DNA of 64,000 bases from Orbicella franksi (lineage: Eukaryota): contig OZ116708.1 of assembly GCA_964199315.1 (NCBI GenBank), positions 2,976,001 to 3,040,000 on the forward strand, given 5' to 3'. A program made the position numbers and the translations under genes. The notes under the pieces were generated by a model that was not told where the DNA came from, searched no databases, and was given only the letters and a program-made list of their open reading frames with translations. Every line of letters starts with the position of its first letter. The first letter of the stretch is position 1. Below, in pieces: positions 21,501 to 35,544 of this stretch.

Positions 21501-24500
21501 CGCTGTAACCCTAAACCCTTCTTTTAATAACTGAATGGCAAAGAGAGATTTTCTAGAAAATAAACTTACCATTATTAGTTTTCAAAAAGTTTTAGTTGAT
21601 CAAATATCAAGAAATAATTCAAACTGAGGAAAGGAGGAGTTTTTGCGTAATTTTTCAGTGCAACGACTGTATTTTCCGAAAACAAAGCGCGGCAAATTAA
21701 AATTGTCCCGTGGTATTAGCACTGAGTAAGATCACAGTCATTTTCAGTCGTCAAAACTGGTTTTATTTTTTCATTAATAATATAATAGTAATTGTAAAAA
21801 CAACAATATTTAAAGAGGGTAACACCACAAAATCTATTACGTACCTTTTTTACGGATATTTTTTTTATGTTCGTAGTGCGTATATCGAGATGTGTGCCTC
21901 GTAAACAGGTGTGACACTTAAATGTCACTTGTTTCCGGCGGAAACCGGAATGAGGTGTGTTTAACCACAACTTCCAAACGAAATACGAGCGTGAGTATGT
22001 AGTGCGCTTGTTTACGTTTTGTGGCGAAGCAGCTTGAGTATAAAACTGGAGACCAAGCGACTAAGCACTCTCAAGTGTTGACAGGAAAACAAGAAGTTGT
22101 ATAGCAACGTTTAAAAATAGCCAAATGGACATTTTTGAACAGAAAATTCCACGCGCAGAATAGCGCGCGAAAATGTGGAGAGAAACGAAAAGCGCGCGAT
22201 AATGTGGGCGCAGCTCGTTTAGTAACGTGTTGACCCGTGTTGGGCTCTGAATGTGATTGGACGCAAGAATACATACGCACTATTGATTCTTATTGCCTTG
22301 TAATATTAGTATGTACGGCATGCTCCAATACTTTGTTTTGAATTGCAACAAGAAATAAGTTCGTCAAATGATCGTAACGTTTAGAAGATCACAAAAACGT
22401 CTGTGGATATTCTGTAGATCAGGCGAAGGCCTCCCAAAATCCTTTAGGACAGCTTTGATGTGCGCGCACAAATTTTTTGTTTGTCATATTCTCTAACGTC
22501 GTGAAATAATCAATGCATGAAAAGAAAAAAAATAGAAAGGATTAAAGGATGCAATAGAAATACAATACAATAAATACAGTAGAAGTGATACCTTTAGCTA
22601 GCTTTAATACCAGGAAAAGCTCATTTTATTGTCTTTCTTTTCAATGCGTGATGCCAGATTGAACTTGAAGCGTCTTTAAGCCTTTACAAAATAAAAGGCT
22701 GGTTTCTTTTCATGTCACAGTACACGCTCAAGGCTAGCAGTCGACTATTATTATTTTTTTTTTCTGGCATTTAAATAAAATTGTTTACAATAACTGCAGT
22801 ATTCCCTGTCTATAATAAATATAAATATCTTATTATATAAGTTATTCTTTGTTGTTATTTGCAGAAATTAAAAGTTATGAATCTCTGTACATAAAGATTA
22901 GTTTCTCTTTAAGACAAAGCACAATGTTATCTTCACAAAAGACCTTGCGAAAGACCATGGTTGTCAAAACTTTTAATCAGTTATGCCTTTGTCAAAAACA
23001 TTTTATGTTGAAAAGTGCTAATTCCCAAAGTTTTCGAGACCTTGGCTAGCTTATCAGTTTGAATATTGGTAGAGATCACGAAACCTGGGTCTATCTCAGC
23101 AAAAAATCTGTTATACTGTAGAGAGATTATCCAAAGGTCTTCCTTAATGTCTGTAAAATGAGGGTTATTTATGACGTCAGTGTTTGCGTGAGCACGACAT
23201 GTGGAGCTGGTTGCGTGTGTAACTACAGCCATGCCATCCTTTACCGAACTGGGAGAGAAGCCTGTGAAAACGATGTGAAAGTTGTGCAAATGCCCTCAAA
23301 TATCCAATGTTCTCCGACAGCCAACAGGGTATGAGAAAACCAGAGATGCTTGCATTATTATAAGGTCAGATTTAGCCTATGCATACGTTTAATTTAGTTA
23401 GACTCAATCGAAAATATTCAATTGTTGACAAGGCATCTTTTTTCTCGCAGGTCATTACTAACAAAGTTTCCACTTTGGAAAACTCGAAGGTTTCTTTCAA
23501 GCTATAAAAAAATTCTTTGATAAGCTTGCAGACCTTTTTGAATCCACAATTTTAAATCATTCATTTATTCCTTTCAATATCTCTGTGATATTTTTCTATA
23601 TTATAATATGAACAGATTATTCAAATAATTTTTCGGTCAGCCAATGTAAAATCGTTTATTTATTGTGGCAAATTTTGTTCTGAAATTTGCCATACATAGT
23701 AACTGCAGTCACTCAAGAGGGAGGTTTTTGCTTCACGCTTAAGATTAGTTTTTAGCGATCGCTGTACTTTAAATTTTTGTGTTATTTGCACATTAATTTA
23801 ATTCTCTTTCAGCGTGATGACGAATTTTCTTGAAATTATCCAAGTGCGAGTGTACCAAAAGCGAACAGTGACACCATAATTTAAGTCCCGTTTTCGAATT
23901 TCTTCGATGCTGGGGATCCTAAGAAACTCAGTGGCAGGCTTCTGCCCACAAACACGAATCGCTAGGCAACGTATTTGATTCTTTTACTGGAATGGAATGC
24001 AATCTCGTTGTTAGCATGTATCACTGCGGTAATGACACGCTAAGGAAGGGGGGGGCAGTCTAACGTCCTAGGCCACCCTACCACAAAACCAAATTTAGAC
24101 AAATTTAGACCCAATACAACGCCAATACAGTGATGAGCCATTTATAGATATCCGTGAAGTTTTACATACTTTTTGCGGGCCTGACCATGATTTTAATATC
24201 GTAATTAAAGGTTTGCATGTTTGCAAAATGATATTGCCTGTACAAGGAATCAATGTGTTTTTGTTTCTGCGGTTTCATTTTCGCTTCCTTAATTGCTTGT
24301 ATAGAAGCAGAAGTACTCAAATATAACTGTGAGAAGAAGTGACTCCCATACAGAGAAGTCAGTATTTGTTTTGACATATTACGGTAAAGACTTCGCTTAT
24401 TGGTGATTTCGAGTAGGATTTCATCGCTTAAACGTTGAGGTAAGCAGATGAAATAAAGCAGAAACGATTTATAGCCTAAGATTGCTTTAACACGAGGTAT

Positions 24501-26287
24501 AAATGATTATCACCACGTTTACATCATTTTTTACTTAACATAACATCATATATAACGGTAAGTTTTTTTGCCTTAATTAATTCCTCTATAGCCGAAATTC
24601 AGTGAAAACTCAGTGGTCCTTATATGCTGGCTTATAGTGATGCATAGACTCGAAGATGTTTGGAGCCATCGTTCGCCAAATTATTCTAGTAATTTCAATG
24701 TTCGCATGTGGTTTAGATATTCATTCATGTAAAAGTTCATGTTCGCTCTCACCAAGAGAAAATGAGGTCATGGTCTCTCGCTCTCACATAAAGCCGAGAC
24801 TTTCCATTCTGCATGGTAAAAGGCTGCAGGTATTTATTCTAACGTAACCTCGGATACAAACGAGTATTTACTTATCAATTTCTTGGCGCAAAAACACACT
24901 TGAGTTAGCTTACACAAAAAAACACCCTCATGAAAATATACTGATTTAAAAGTAGTAGTCATTAACTATATTACCGTAGAAACGAAACAGTAGATATTTA
25001 GAATTCTCCTTCGCCACAAACTGAAGAGAAAAGAAAACACAGGAAATTGTAAAAAAAAAACTGTAATTTGTCTTCTTTGCCACGATGGAACAGTGTAACA
25101 ATACATCTTCTGTAGTAAAATGTGTGTAGTGACAATATATTTAACAGCATGCTGACTGTTTAGTCGTGACATCAAATACTTAACTTGCTCGATATAAATA
25201 GCACTTCGCCAGTCGCCGCCTTGCTAATTTCTGTGTAAGAATACACAATTACCAAACTTGGATATATTTTGCTACATTTTAGTTTTCCACTTACGAAAGG
25301 GCAAATTAGACTTTCTTCTGATAGCTTTAGCTTTGTTTGGGCACGCAATAAGGCAACTTTGTACCTATCACCCATCTCATAACCAAAACCCGCGAACCCC
25401 AAACCAGCGGTCGGGTGACGCGGGCCTGAGCAAAGTGACACGACAGCGCATGCGTCAAGGTTTGCACCATATCTTCTCGACCGAAAATATTTGCGAAAGT
25501 TATGGCGATCTTGTTCGTAATTCCTCTCGATCTTTCTCAGTCGTAACCACATTTGGTGATTATACCTATTTGGTTTTCTTTATAGACCCTTTTCATAAAT
25601 TAAATGGCTGCCAATTTAAAATTCTTTTGTATGTATTTGAATTAGCCTCACTAAACTCGTTTGGGAGTAAAAATTCTTTTGAATTATCAACTCAAGAACG
25701 AGGTTAGTCAGGCTAATTTTAATACTTACAAAAGAATTTATAATTGGCAGCCATTTATGAAAAGGGTCTATTCATCGGTGGCTATAAAGGAAAAGCTGAA
25801 TTCCGTAGTTACATAGAACAATGCCTTAATGAATCAATTAAGGCTTTCCGGTTTAAAAGAAGAAAGGTCAAACGTACAACGAATGTAGCTTCGTAATTTC
25901 ACGAATTCTTTTGCAGTAAAAACTGAGCAAGAACAAACCAAAAAAATTAGCAAGTAAATTGAAAGAATCCTTCAAACCAACGTCAAGAACTTCTTTAATT
26001 TCTAACTTCTAACTAAAACCAACGTTTATGACGAGATTCGTTTTAAAAAGGGAAGAACTAGTAGAACCAGAATTATTCATTAATCCATCGCCTACAACAG
26101 CTGTTTGCATGGCATATTTAGCGTCACTATTTCTCAAGATTGGCATGTAAATTCTCCGAAAGCGGAATTTGAGTAATTTTGAGACTTGCTTTCCTTTTCT
26201 TTATTCAAGTTTGTAGATATATTAAATATAGCTGCATTCAATTTCTTTATTACTGTGTATAGGTCTTTGCATAGAAGAGCCACGCCC

Positions 26288-26422
26288 NNNNNNNNNNNNN
26301 NNNNNNNNNNNNNNNNNNNNNNNNNNNNNNNNNNNNNNNNNNNNNNNNNNNNNNNNNNNNNNNNNNNNNNNNNNNNNNNNNNNNNNNNNNNNNNNNNNNN
26401 NNNNNNNNNNNNNNNNNNNNNN
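26288..26422. other. Sequence gap, 135 N
   Basis: Run of N. Confidence 0.99.
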
Positions 26423-26516
26423 TGTCATCCTCACGTAATGTTTGCTTAGAGTCCTTAGGGCCGAGACCAAACCATGGTCCTGGGGCACTAGGGGATAGCC
26501 AGTTTTTAGCTTGATA

Positions 26517-26664
26517 NNNNNNNNNNNNNNNNNNNNNNNNNNNNNNNNNNNNNNNNNNNNNNNNNNNNNNNNNNNNNNNNNNNNNNNNNNNNNNNNNNNN
26601 NNNNNNNNNNNNNNNNNNNNNNNNNNNNNNNNNNNNNNNNNNNNNNNNNNNNNNNNNNNNNNNN
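26517..26664. other. Sequence gap, 148 N
   Basis: Run of N. Confidence 0.99.
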
Positions 26665-26880
26665 TACATTTTTTTTCAAGTCTTTTCTGTGAACTTAGCA
26701 AAACATCAAAATCGACGATATCTCCGGGTTGATGATTCTCGTTATTCTCATTATCTGCTTCCTTGACAACAGACTGATACTATGAGGAAAAAAAAGATTT
26801 TGATCACACGTGGAAGCCTTTTCATGTGACATCACCCTGAGCCATGTCCGGTAGACGTAAACCACGACATTTCCCTTCAT

Positions 26881-26882
<2 letters not shown>

Positions 26883-26928
<46 letters not shown>

Positions 26929-27032
26929 TAATAACTGTTATGCCTTTCAAAACATCAATATGTCTGCCGTGAAAGTTTCAGATTAACATCATCGTCATCA
27001 TCATCATAAACATCATCGTCATCATCATCACA
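26883..27032. repeat. (AAT)~14 microsatellite followed by (ATC)-rich tracts
   Basis: Direct reading. Confidence 0.95.
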
Positions 27033-29199
27033 TGCTGCAAAATTATTAATACTTTCACTCTCCCTAGATGTAAAACCTGTTTCCCGCTTACATAACTCGC
27101 AAAAAATTTCGGGCGTTAAAATTCAGGACGTCTTATTTCGGACGTTTAATTTTCGGAAACTTTTTAAACCATTTCGAACAAATTTCGGACAAAAATTTCA
27201 GACACTTTTCTGAAACATAGCTTAAGCAAATTGACGCGTACAAAACGCGAGTTAGACTGAAACAACATCTGTTTTACTGCAGCCTCAAGGTTTAAGAATA
27301 CACCGACGAGAAAATAACAAAAATTCTATCAAGTTGTTACGCATCTCGAGCAGTGTCTCAACTAGAGTTCACCCCATAAAGGAAACTAAGAGCTTTGGAG
27401 CTGCAATAGCTCAAAATTTCATTAACTGTACTGTATAAGTAAATATTTCGGACGTTTAAAAATTTCGGACCGTTTTACTTTCGGACCCTTTTTTGTCCCA
27501 AATTAAAATCGTCCGAAAATTTCTGCAAGTAATGTAGTGTGTGGCCATTCAAACGATAATTTAAGAAGTTAGATGCTGGACCCACTAGACTCCCATCCGT
27601 CTTCTATCGTAAAATTGGTTAAATGAGTATTTTGGAATTTTCAACTCTCACGAGTAGAAACATTTGACAATTTTGGTCAAAAATATTTAAAATATTTCCA
27701 AGAAAAGAGTCGACTGTACTTTCGTTAAAGCAGTCTGAAAGGCCATCTATGAGTAATTTAAGGATATATATGGCACATTGTTTCATAGTGGAATTCCATT
27801 CAATTTTGTCTCAATTTAGTTTTCAGCGATTATCTTCAATCTGATTAGAGTGTTTACATACACTAAGTTGAAATACATTAGCGGTTTAATAACATTAGCC
27901 GTGATAAACAATCGATAACTAGACTCAGTGGCGGAGAATTGACTTCTTTGGGAAAAGACACGTCTGGTCAGTCTAACCACAAAATACTGGGACACTCCCA
28001 AAAAATTAGATTATCCAATCACATTGTGGTGTTCTGTTTTTGCAAAGGAAAGAACTCAATTTCAAAGGCAACATGCCAGAAACTTCCTACTGTTAGAATC
28101 CATCCAAAATAAACATTCTTCAAGAGCCAGCTATTCTCTTTTCGTTTTAACAGCGCTAAACAGCTCGTTGTTGTTTTGAATGATGCATGTTTTTGTGGCC
28201 ATGTGACTAATTATTGCAGTTTGATACGACAGCAGTTTAAAAGGTGGACGACCCATTAATTCCGAAACAAGACACTACGGAAATTGAACAAAGTCACAAG
28301 CAATTGAATGGGCTCCATGTTTCCTCAAACTCAATGAATAGAATTCAATTTGCGACTGACGCAAAGAAGGGTTTATTCATTACAAGCTTTGACGAGCTAA
28401 GATTACTGTTACGCTTATAAGAATGTGTAAGACCAAAGGTTTCTGCATTTATTTCTTCTGCACAAATAATACTGAACAAAGCTCGTGGACATTCTTTAGC
28501 TAGGTAAGCCGCCAGTCCGTTTATACAAAACATCTGCTTTGTTTACATTCAATATTGATGCTGTTGGTGGAAGTTAGAAGAGTGCATGATTTAACTTTTT
28601 TTAGCTAACGAAGACGAAAATTTACGACAGGGTTAGTCATTTTTGAGAGAAAATTATTCCTTCATGGATGGAAAAAAAAAATAATATATGAAAGAAATTT
28701 TCACAGAGAAAAGTGAGATGATAATGTCTTTTAACCTTGTTGACACGAACGTGAAAGACATGCATTGAAAGGGTTGGTAAGTTTGATTTTATCTGATTTG
28801 TTCTCTGGGTGTTGTCCAAAGTGTAAGCAATTAGATGAAAGCAATCTTGCAAAAGCATGTTTTATACACAGGGTGGATATTTCAATTGTCTCATAACCTT
28901 ACAATGTAGTGCACCGTGCTTCTGCGGCTGACCCGTGATTTATTCAACGTTTGATCGGTCAAATAATCGCTTTCAGTGAATACGTCTATGTGGCGGTGGT
29001 TATAAACCAGAACAGGTTGTGTTGTTTTATCTTATCTCTCTTGATTCCCGATGTGGTGCCGGGTGCTTTTGCGTGCGATTAACTAAACTCTGATCATTTT
29101 ATTGTTTTGTTGATGAGCTTAAACTGTTCATTGGGTCAAATCGCGCAAGGTTAAGTCTGTTAGCAGTCAGATGACATCTGAACGAGCATTACTTTCTCA

Positions 29200-29590
29200 T
29201 GCGATATTGTTTAGTATACTGTAAAAAGTGGTTGTACCTTCTGGGTATCCGGATAAGACCCTGGTGTGTGGCCATAGAGGTACTGAGCAGTAATTTCATG
29301 TGGTACTCTTTATTATGCTGTACAAGGTGGTTCTAACTTAAAGGCCACAGTGTGTCACCACTCGAATAAGCTTTTGAGCAGTACTTTCATGTTGTACTAT
29401 TTATTGTGCTGTGCAAGGTGGGTCTCACTTTTAATAAGGTTTGTGGATGAAACCCTGGTGAGTGACCATTTAAATGAAGGCTATTGAGCAGTACTTACAT
29501 GTGGTATTGCAAGGTTATTTGATTAACTTTCAGTGCCAAAAGTTGTGGGAGAGATTCCTAGTAAGTGATCCTGATTCAAATGAAAGCATT
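29200..29590. repeat. Degenerate tandem array (3-4 units) of the same minisatellite in opposite orientation
   Basis: Recurring GAGCAGTA(C/A)TT(T/A)CATGT(G/T)GTA, GTACAAGGTGGTTCTAACTT, GTGGATGAAACCCTGGTG, GACCATTTAAATGAA. Confidence 0.75.
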
Positions 29591-31546
29591 TGTTGAATAC
29601 ATTCTTGTGGTTTCGTTCATTATTCTGTGAAGTAATTATAACAAGCGAGAAAGTTACCCATGAGCAACCTGTTAAAGTGGTTAGCATAATCGTTGAACGA
29701 GATCAGTCTGTCATTTTTACAGTTCCTGATGATAAGTTTCGTGTTTTGGTATTTGGCACTCAGCTGATAATGTTGCCCAAAGTGTGCTCACTATGAGCAC
29801 TTTGGATGCGCAGTCTCTTAAGTGTGTGTGATAGTTCGGAGCTGTCAGCGAGTATTGTCAAAAATGCAACACAGGAAATGTTTAAACACCATTACCTGTT
29901 GCAGGAAGCTATCACACCAAATTATTCTAGACATTTTTCCTAAAAACAATTAAAATTTTTGAAAATTACTGAGTCCAATCTATCATTAGGTTTGAAAGCG
30001 TCCAAAGTTTATGCTTCCGAAGTTTGTTAAAAGCTTCCTTACCATTGTTAATCGTCTTCGCTTACTGTTTCCTGTCATTTTCCGAGCACTGTTTAGCGTA
30101 CAAAACTGCATTGCTGCCAGGTTTCCTGTTCTCTAGCTTTGCAATTGTCTTTTATTCTTTTACCATCACGAGGGAATGTTCGCAAGCTACTCACAGGCTA
30201 GATCTCTGTGAAAACTATTCATATGCTAAAATTAATATGATGCTTCAAAAGCAAAGCACGACCAGAAAAGTTAAAGCTTTGTTTCAAATGACATTGAATG
30301 AGACAAATTCTTTTTACATGGTTTAGTCGAAGGACGAATGCATTCTTGCGGTTGTTTCAACACAGGCGCCATTTCCTTTCCCAGATGACACCAACTGCGA
30401 GGTGAAGTTACCTTACAACGGACATGCTATCAATTTGTTGGTAATGTTATTAGTCGCGGTTTGCAAGATCCGGGTTGCCGTATATCCTCCAACATGTAAC
30501 ATGCAATGTAATCATTGAACCGTTCATTTTGGACGTCTCACGTGTCAGTTCCAGCTGATAATATTAAATAATCAGTTTTTAGTGGTAGGTTTATTAGCAC
30601 AACTTTAATTGTGGCATATTATCATACGAGTAGGCAACGAATTGGGAGCACAAGATTATCTGTTGTCACGTTTTATTAGATAAACCTGTAGACCATTTTG
30701 CGGTGTTTGGTATTGCCACCTTCAAATTGTGCAAGTCCTCATGTGTAGGGCGTAAGTCGCCTTTTTTTAAAAGAACGTCGAGGCCGACAATTTACAAGAT
30801 TACCAGGCACTGCTCGCAGCTGGCGATGAAGAGAGTGGAGAAATAATGCTTCACATTTAAGAACGTACTCATGCACAGAAAACACACTGAAAACGTGTCA
30901 GAACTGATCACGAATTTTAGCTAAAAACTTAATTCCTTGGTCCCTAGTTTGAGCCGTTTCTTTAAGAGGTGCAATGTCAGTTTATGAAAAATTGGTTGCA
31001 GTAAAATCAACCAAAACGGCGGCTGAGGAGTAACGATGTAGCGGTATGCATGGTGAAAATGCACTTTTTGTTCTCTGGTTGTAGGAAATCTCCACACAAA
31101 TAAAGGAATAAGGCATCTCCAGATCTAAAACTTCCTTCTCAATCTACATTTGAACATGGGTGGTCCCCTGTGGAAGGTCCAAGTTTTGCTGACGCGAGCC
31201 TAACAATTGAATTAAGACAAAACTGAGCTCGTAGATATGTATTTCTGCATACCATGAGTGCAGAGATTTGTGAGATTCTCGATTCAAAATTGCATGCAAT
31301 AGTGGAAGGGTCAATTACTGACCGTGCAAATATAGCTTTTTTTCACGAAGAAGGCGCAGCGGAAATTCTGGGTCAACCTGGTGCCACCCATATATAACAA
31401 CCGTGTATGCCATATCACTGGTATTGCCTACAGATATTGCTGATATTGCCTAAGCGTCTGCCGCAGCTGCAAGGAAGTTTCCAACCTTGTAAACATCTCT
31501 CTGCAGGAAAGAAATTTTCCAGAGTGTGAGAGGTCTCCTATTAAAA

Positions 31547-31846
31547 AATTAGATTATGAGCTCGAGATTTCTATCGCGTGATAGGTGATGAGGATGCAGC
31601 CCGAGTCAACTATCGTGCCTAGAAATCGAGAGCGAATAATCTAATTGTTTTAGTATGATTCTTTTAGTCGTGCAAAACGCTATCTAATCCTTTTCACAAA
31701 CACTGCGAAAACGCAAAGAATCGGCCGCCATTTTGTTAACACCGCACACTGCTAGGCTACTCACTATCTATCACAGAACAGATAGCGAGTAGTGTAGCCA
31801 ATCAGAGAACGACATTCGTGATAGAACGCTAGTAGATTTATACTAA
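31547..31846 (-). mobile_element. Hairpin-ended non-autonomous element sharing its hairpin with 56432-56927 (opposite orientation)
   Basis: AATTAGATTATGAGCTCGAGATTTCTAT..TAGAAATCGAGAGCGAATAATCTAATTG hairpin; AGCCAATCAGA near the far end; TAGTAGATTTATACTAA terminus. Confidence 0.7.
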
Positions 31847-34800
31847 TGAGCGTTAAATGCAACACTACCTGTACAACACACCCTTGAAAAAATGTTACCG
31901 CATGGAAAACAAAGTTTCGTGATGGAGAAAACGTCTAGGAAGCCCTAAGAACACTTATGGTTGGCAGGTTTTTAACCACATGATTCAAGCAGTCCACTTG
32001 GATTCAATTAGCTCTCACTCTACTTCAATCCCTTGCGTGTTTCACGGTTGGTTTTTTTCATAGGGTTAGGTTAAGTTTTTTTGAGAAAGTCGCCACTGAG
32101 ACGGCGGTACTGTAATGTCTACTCGAACGAGCAGGAAACATGACCACAAAAGCAGAAAAAAGCACAGACATTTCTTTCGAGCTGTCTACAGCTATTCTCA
32201 AATTTTCTAGTACTGATTAATTCCTTTCTTCCCATCACTTTCTACGTGTAAGAACACTTCAATCCCGCAGGCAGCGCATGCGATCTGTGCTCTTCAAGTG
32301 ACGTGCTCATGACGTGAATCTATTTTTCCCAAGGAAAGAATGTCTTGGAGGAGAAAGTAGCATTACAATGCTGGCTTGGAAACAGGCTTTCGGGAATTTA
32401 GTTGTTTTACAGCTTTCTTAAAGCCTTTATTTTTTTTTTTACTGTGGTACCTTATCGGCACCGAGAAACGAGGGCTTAGGATCTAGTTACGGAAACAAGG
32501 TTGGAAAATCTCGTACATGCAGTGGAGTCCTGTGGAGAATTGAAGTGCGCAAGATTTTCTTGTTACAGAACGAGCCGATACCTTTGACACGCTGCAGAGC
32601 ATGGAAATTTTTCTTATTTCCAGTTCGTTTTAGACCTTGGAGAACAAATCTTTATCAGATTCTTAAGCTATTTCCAATCATTTTGATGTCTGCAAGAAAA
32701 TCTAGTTGTCACGAAGTAAGGTAGCGCTGTCCTGTTTGAAGACAAGCCACTGAAATTAAATTGGTTTATGGGATTTTGTAAATTTTACTGTAATTCAATA
32801 GTTTTTTCATTTGATATCCTTAACTAGGCATGAACTAGCGGGTTTAAAAGTTCTGTACCCTTCTGAATCACAACCGGTTTAATGTTTTGTTTGCGACAGT
32901 CTTGGCGAACAGAACACAACTGAAAATGAAGACGGATCTAAACAACACCTACCGAACTTTTTTCTCGCCTTTATGTATTTCATTATTTTCAAAGGAATTC
33001 TCACTTATACGGACAGATTAAACTGAGAATTATGAAAATCATCCATTATGGAATCGAATAGCACCTTGATCTATACCATAATTCTCAGAACTAAATTTGA
33101 AGGACTGTATGTCATTAGTAAGGAGATTTTATGTATCGAACATGGCAACGTAAGGGCACACGTGAGAAATGGGGATGTAATCGTTTGCGTGTATAAAGCG
33201 ATAGAAATTCTCGGCATAACAACACTAGCGCCGGACATACAAAGTCTTATTCATCCGGATTGAAAGTTCAATGCGATCAACTTCAGAAAATCTGTTATAG
33301 ATACCTCCAAGTTAAGCGCTACCGACCATTAGGTATAGACAACAACTGCGCAATTCCTTTGCGCAATTCCCAGTCGTCTATGATTGGTTCGTCGATGACG
33401 ACACAGTCAACCGCAAGGTGTAGTCACTGGCGCAATATTGAGGCTTTGTTCCTGAAAGGGGATGTTTTTGATAAAACGGTCCTTGTGTTATACGCCATTT
33501 TTAATTCGTTTGTTTGCTGGACGGATGGTCAACTTTTGTTATTTAATGCGGTTACCTTCAACTCCCACAGTTTGTTCAGTTCAAGTGGAATCAACTCGAA
33601 AATCTCTAAGGTGGGTATAAATAGGCCACATGCTTGTCAGAAAATTCTAGATTCAAAGGCGTTGAGTTTCGTGTTGCGTGCGTTAACAAAGTTTAAAGTT
33701 TGTATTATTAGCCTAGTCCGGTCTGCCATTAATATCAGAGCATTAAAAAGCCCGGGTTCTTAGCAAATCAGCTTACTAATAGTCGTCGGCTTACACTGAT
33801 GACGAACCGAGTAGAAATCTGGTACACTGTAAATTGTCGTTAACATTAAAGTAAAACTGTTTTGGCTTGAATATAAACATTAGTACAACAGCCTAACACA
33901 ACGAGGCAAGATTAAAACTATTTAATTACATAAATAACGAAAGTTCGCCGAGTACATGACGATTTGTTTAGCTATTAAGGGGGTAACTTATCGATAATAT
34001 CTTATCTTGGTTTACTATCTTATAGCAAGATTTAAATTAAAGTATATTTATATATAGATATGAATTCAAATGGTCTCCATATTTTATTTTAAGACTTGTT
34101 TGGATCACGACCGACGAATTTGGGGGGAAGTAGTGAATAGATTCCATATCCCACCCAAAGGGTGAAAAAACAAAATTACACAAGTCCATTTCCGATTGTC
34201 AGAACAACACAACGAATTGAAACCTTTGTTTTTAATACGAATGTCAAAATACAGAAACTTTTGGCGGCATATTTTGCCATATTCGCCCAGAATTCAGTCA
34301 GTCGCCACTTTGACTCAGAAATACATGATGCTCCTTCATATTAACTTCAACTAAGGCAGATTTTCTTGCCAATAAACTACCTAAAGGGATAAGCTTTGTA
34401 AACCGCAAATACTTTTTCATTTGTTTCGAAAATACCATTTTAGAGGTTAGCGCCTTACTGCCAAATTGTCCGACAAGAGAAAATCGTATCGGTTTACTTT
34501 ACGTTCGATTTAATTCGAGGGCGTTTGCAAGTTTAAATTTAATTCGCGCACATGTTAGGCTGCTAATTGGCAATTGAAGCGAACTGGCTCATTCTTGAAA
34601 TCGCTGCTCCGCTATTTAAGGACTTCTGCCTAAATATCTACACAGATAATATCCATCACTCCACATGAGGCTCCAAGATGATTTTAATTTAGTTTGTTGT
34701 CGAAGTTCACGACACAGCAGAATATAAATATAAACATCGCGCCTTTGACAACGCGTGCAGCAAAAAAAGGAACAAGAAAACAGAATTGGTAATACGTGTT

Positions 34801-35544
34801 GTACATCGAGCAGGAACCTTCCCTGACCGCTAAAACCAACGCCTCAGGTAAGTTACGGATATCCAAGTGTCTTGGCTAACCTGACCAGATTCCTTGACAT
34901 TAAAAAGACCGAATGCAGAAAGATACTGTTATGTCTTCGTGAGCGATGCTATTACCAGTTATCTCGTACCAAATGGATCAGGATTTCGCGTGATTAGAAA
35001 GATTACAGCTTTGATTTTCTGCTTCTTTTCAAGGACAAAATGCGCGGAGTCTTTTAAACGCAGATCGATGAAGAAGAGGATGAAATTTATAGGAAGTGGA
35101 ATTTAAAGAATATTAAAAGAGCTTATGGCATGTGATATTCATAGCAGCAATGTATACCACAGTTTCGTTTACAGAAATGACAGATGAGTATTTTACGATA
35201 TGTCTGTTTGAAAGCGTTTGTTTTAAAGGGCTTTTACTGAGAAGAAAGCGCGCGCTATCAAACTTCTTTTCCACCATGTGATCAAAATTTAAATTCTCCA
35301 CAAACATAAACGGTATGCAATCAAGCATGTTGGATAATGAGAATACAGAGAATGATCACCAAGAAGAAGTCATTAAAGTGATAGACAGTGCAATTCTCCC
35401 AACTCGTGCTACTTAGAATGTATCAATTTTTATTGTATTTTAGATTTTAATGTATTTTAAAGGTTTAACATTTATTTTCTCAGAGGACCCTCCTGAAAAC
35501 CACCTTATGGTGATTGGAGGCCTCCTCTTAAAATATAATGTATT

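Noticed and set aside
26186-26732. ORFs spanning the N-gaps
   Set aside because: Artefacts of translating N as X.
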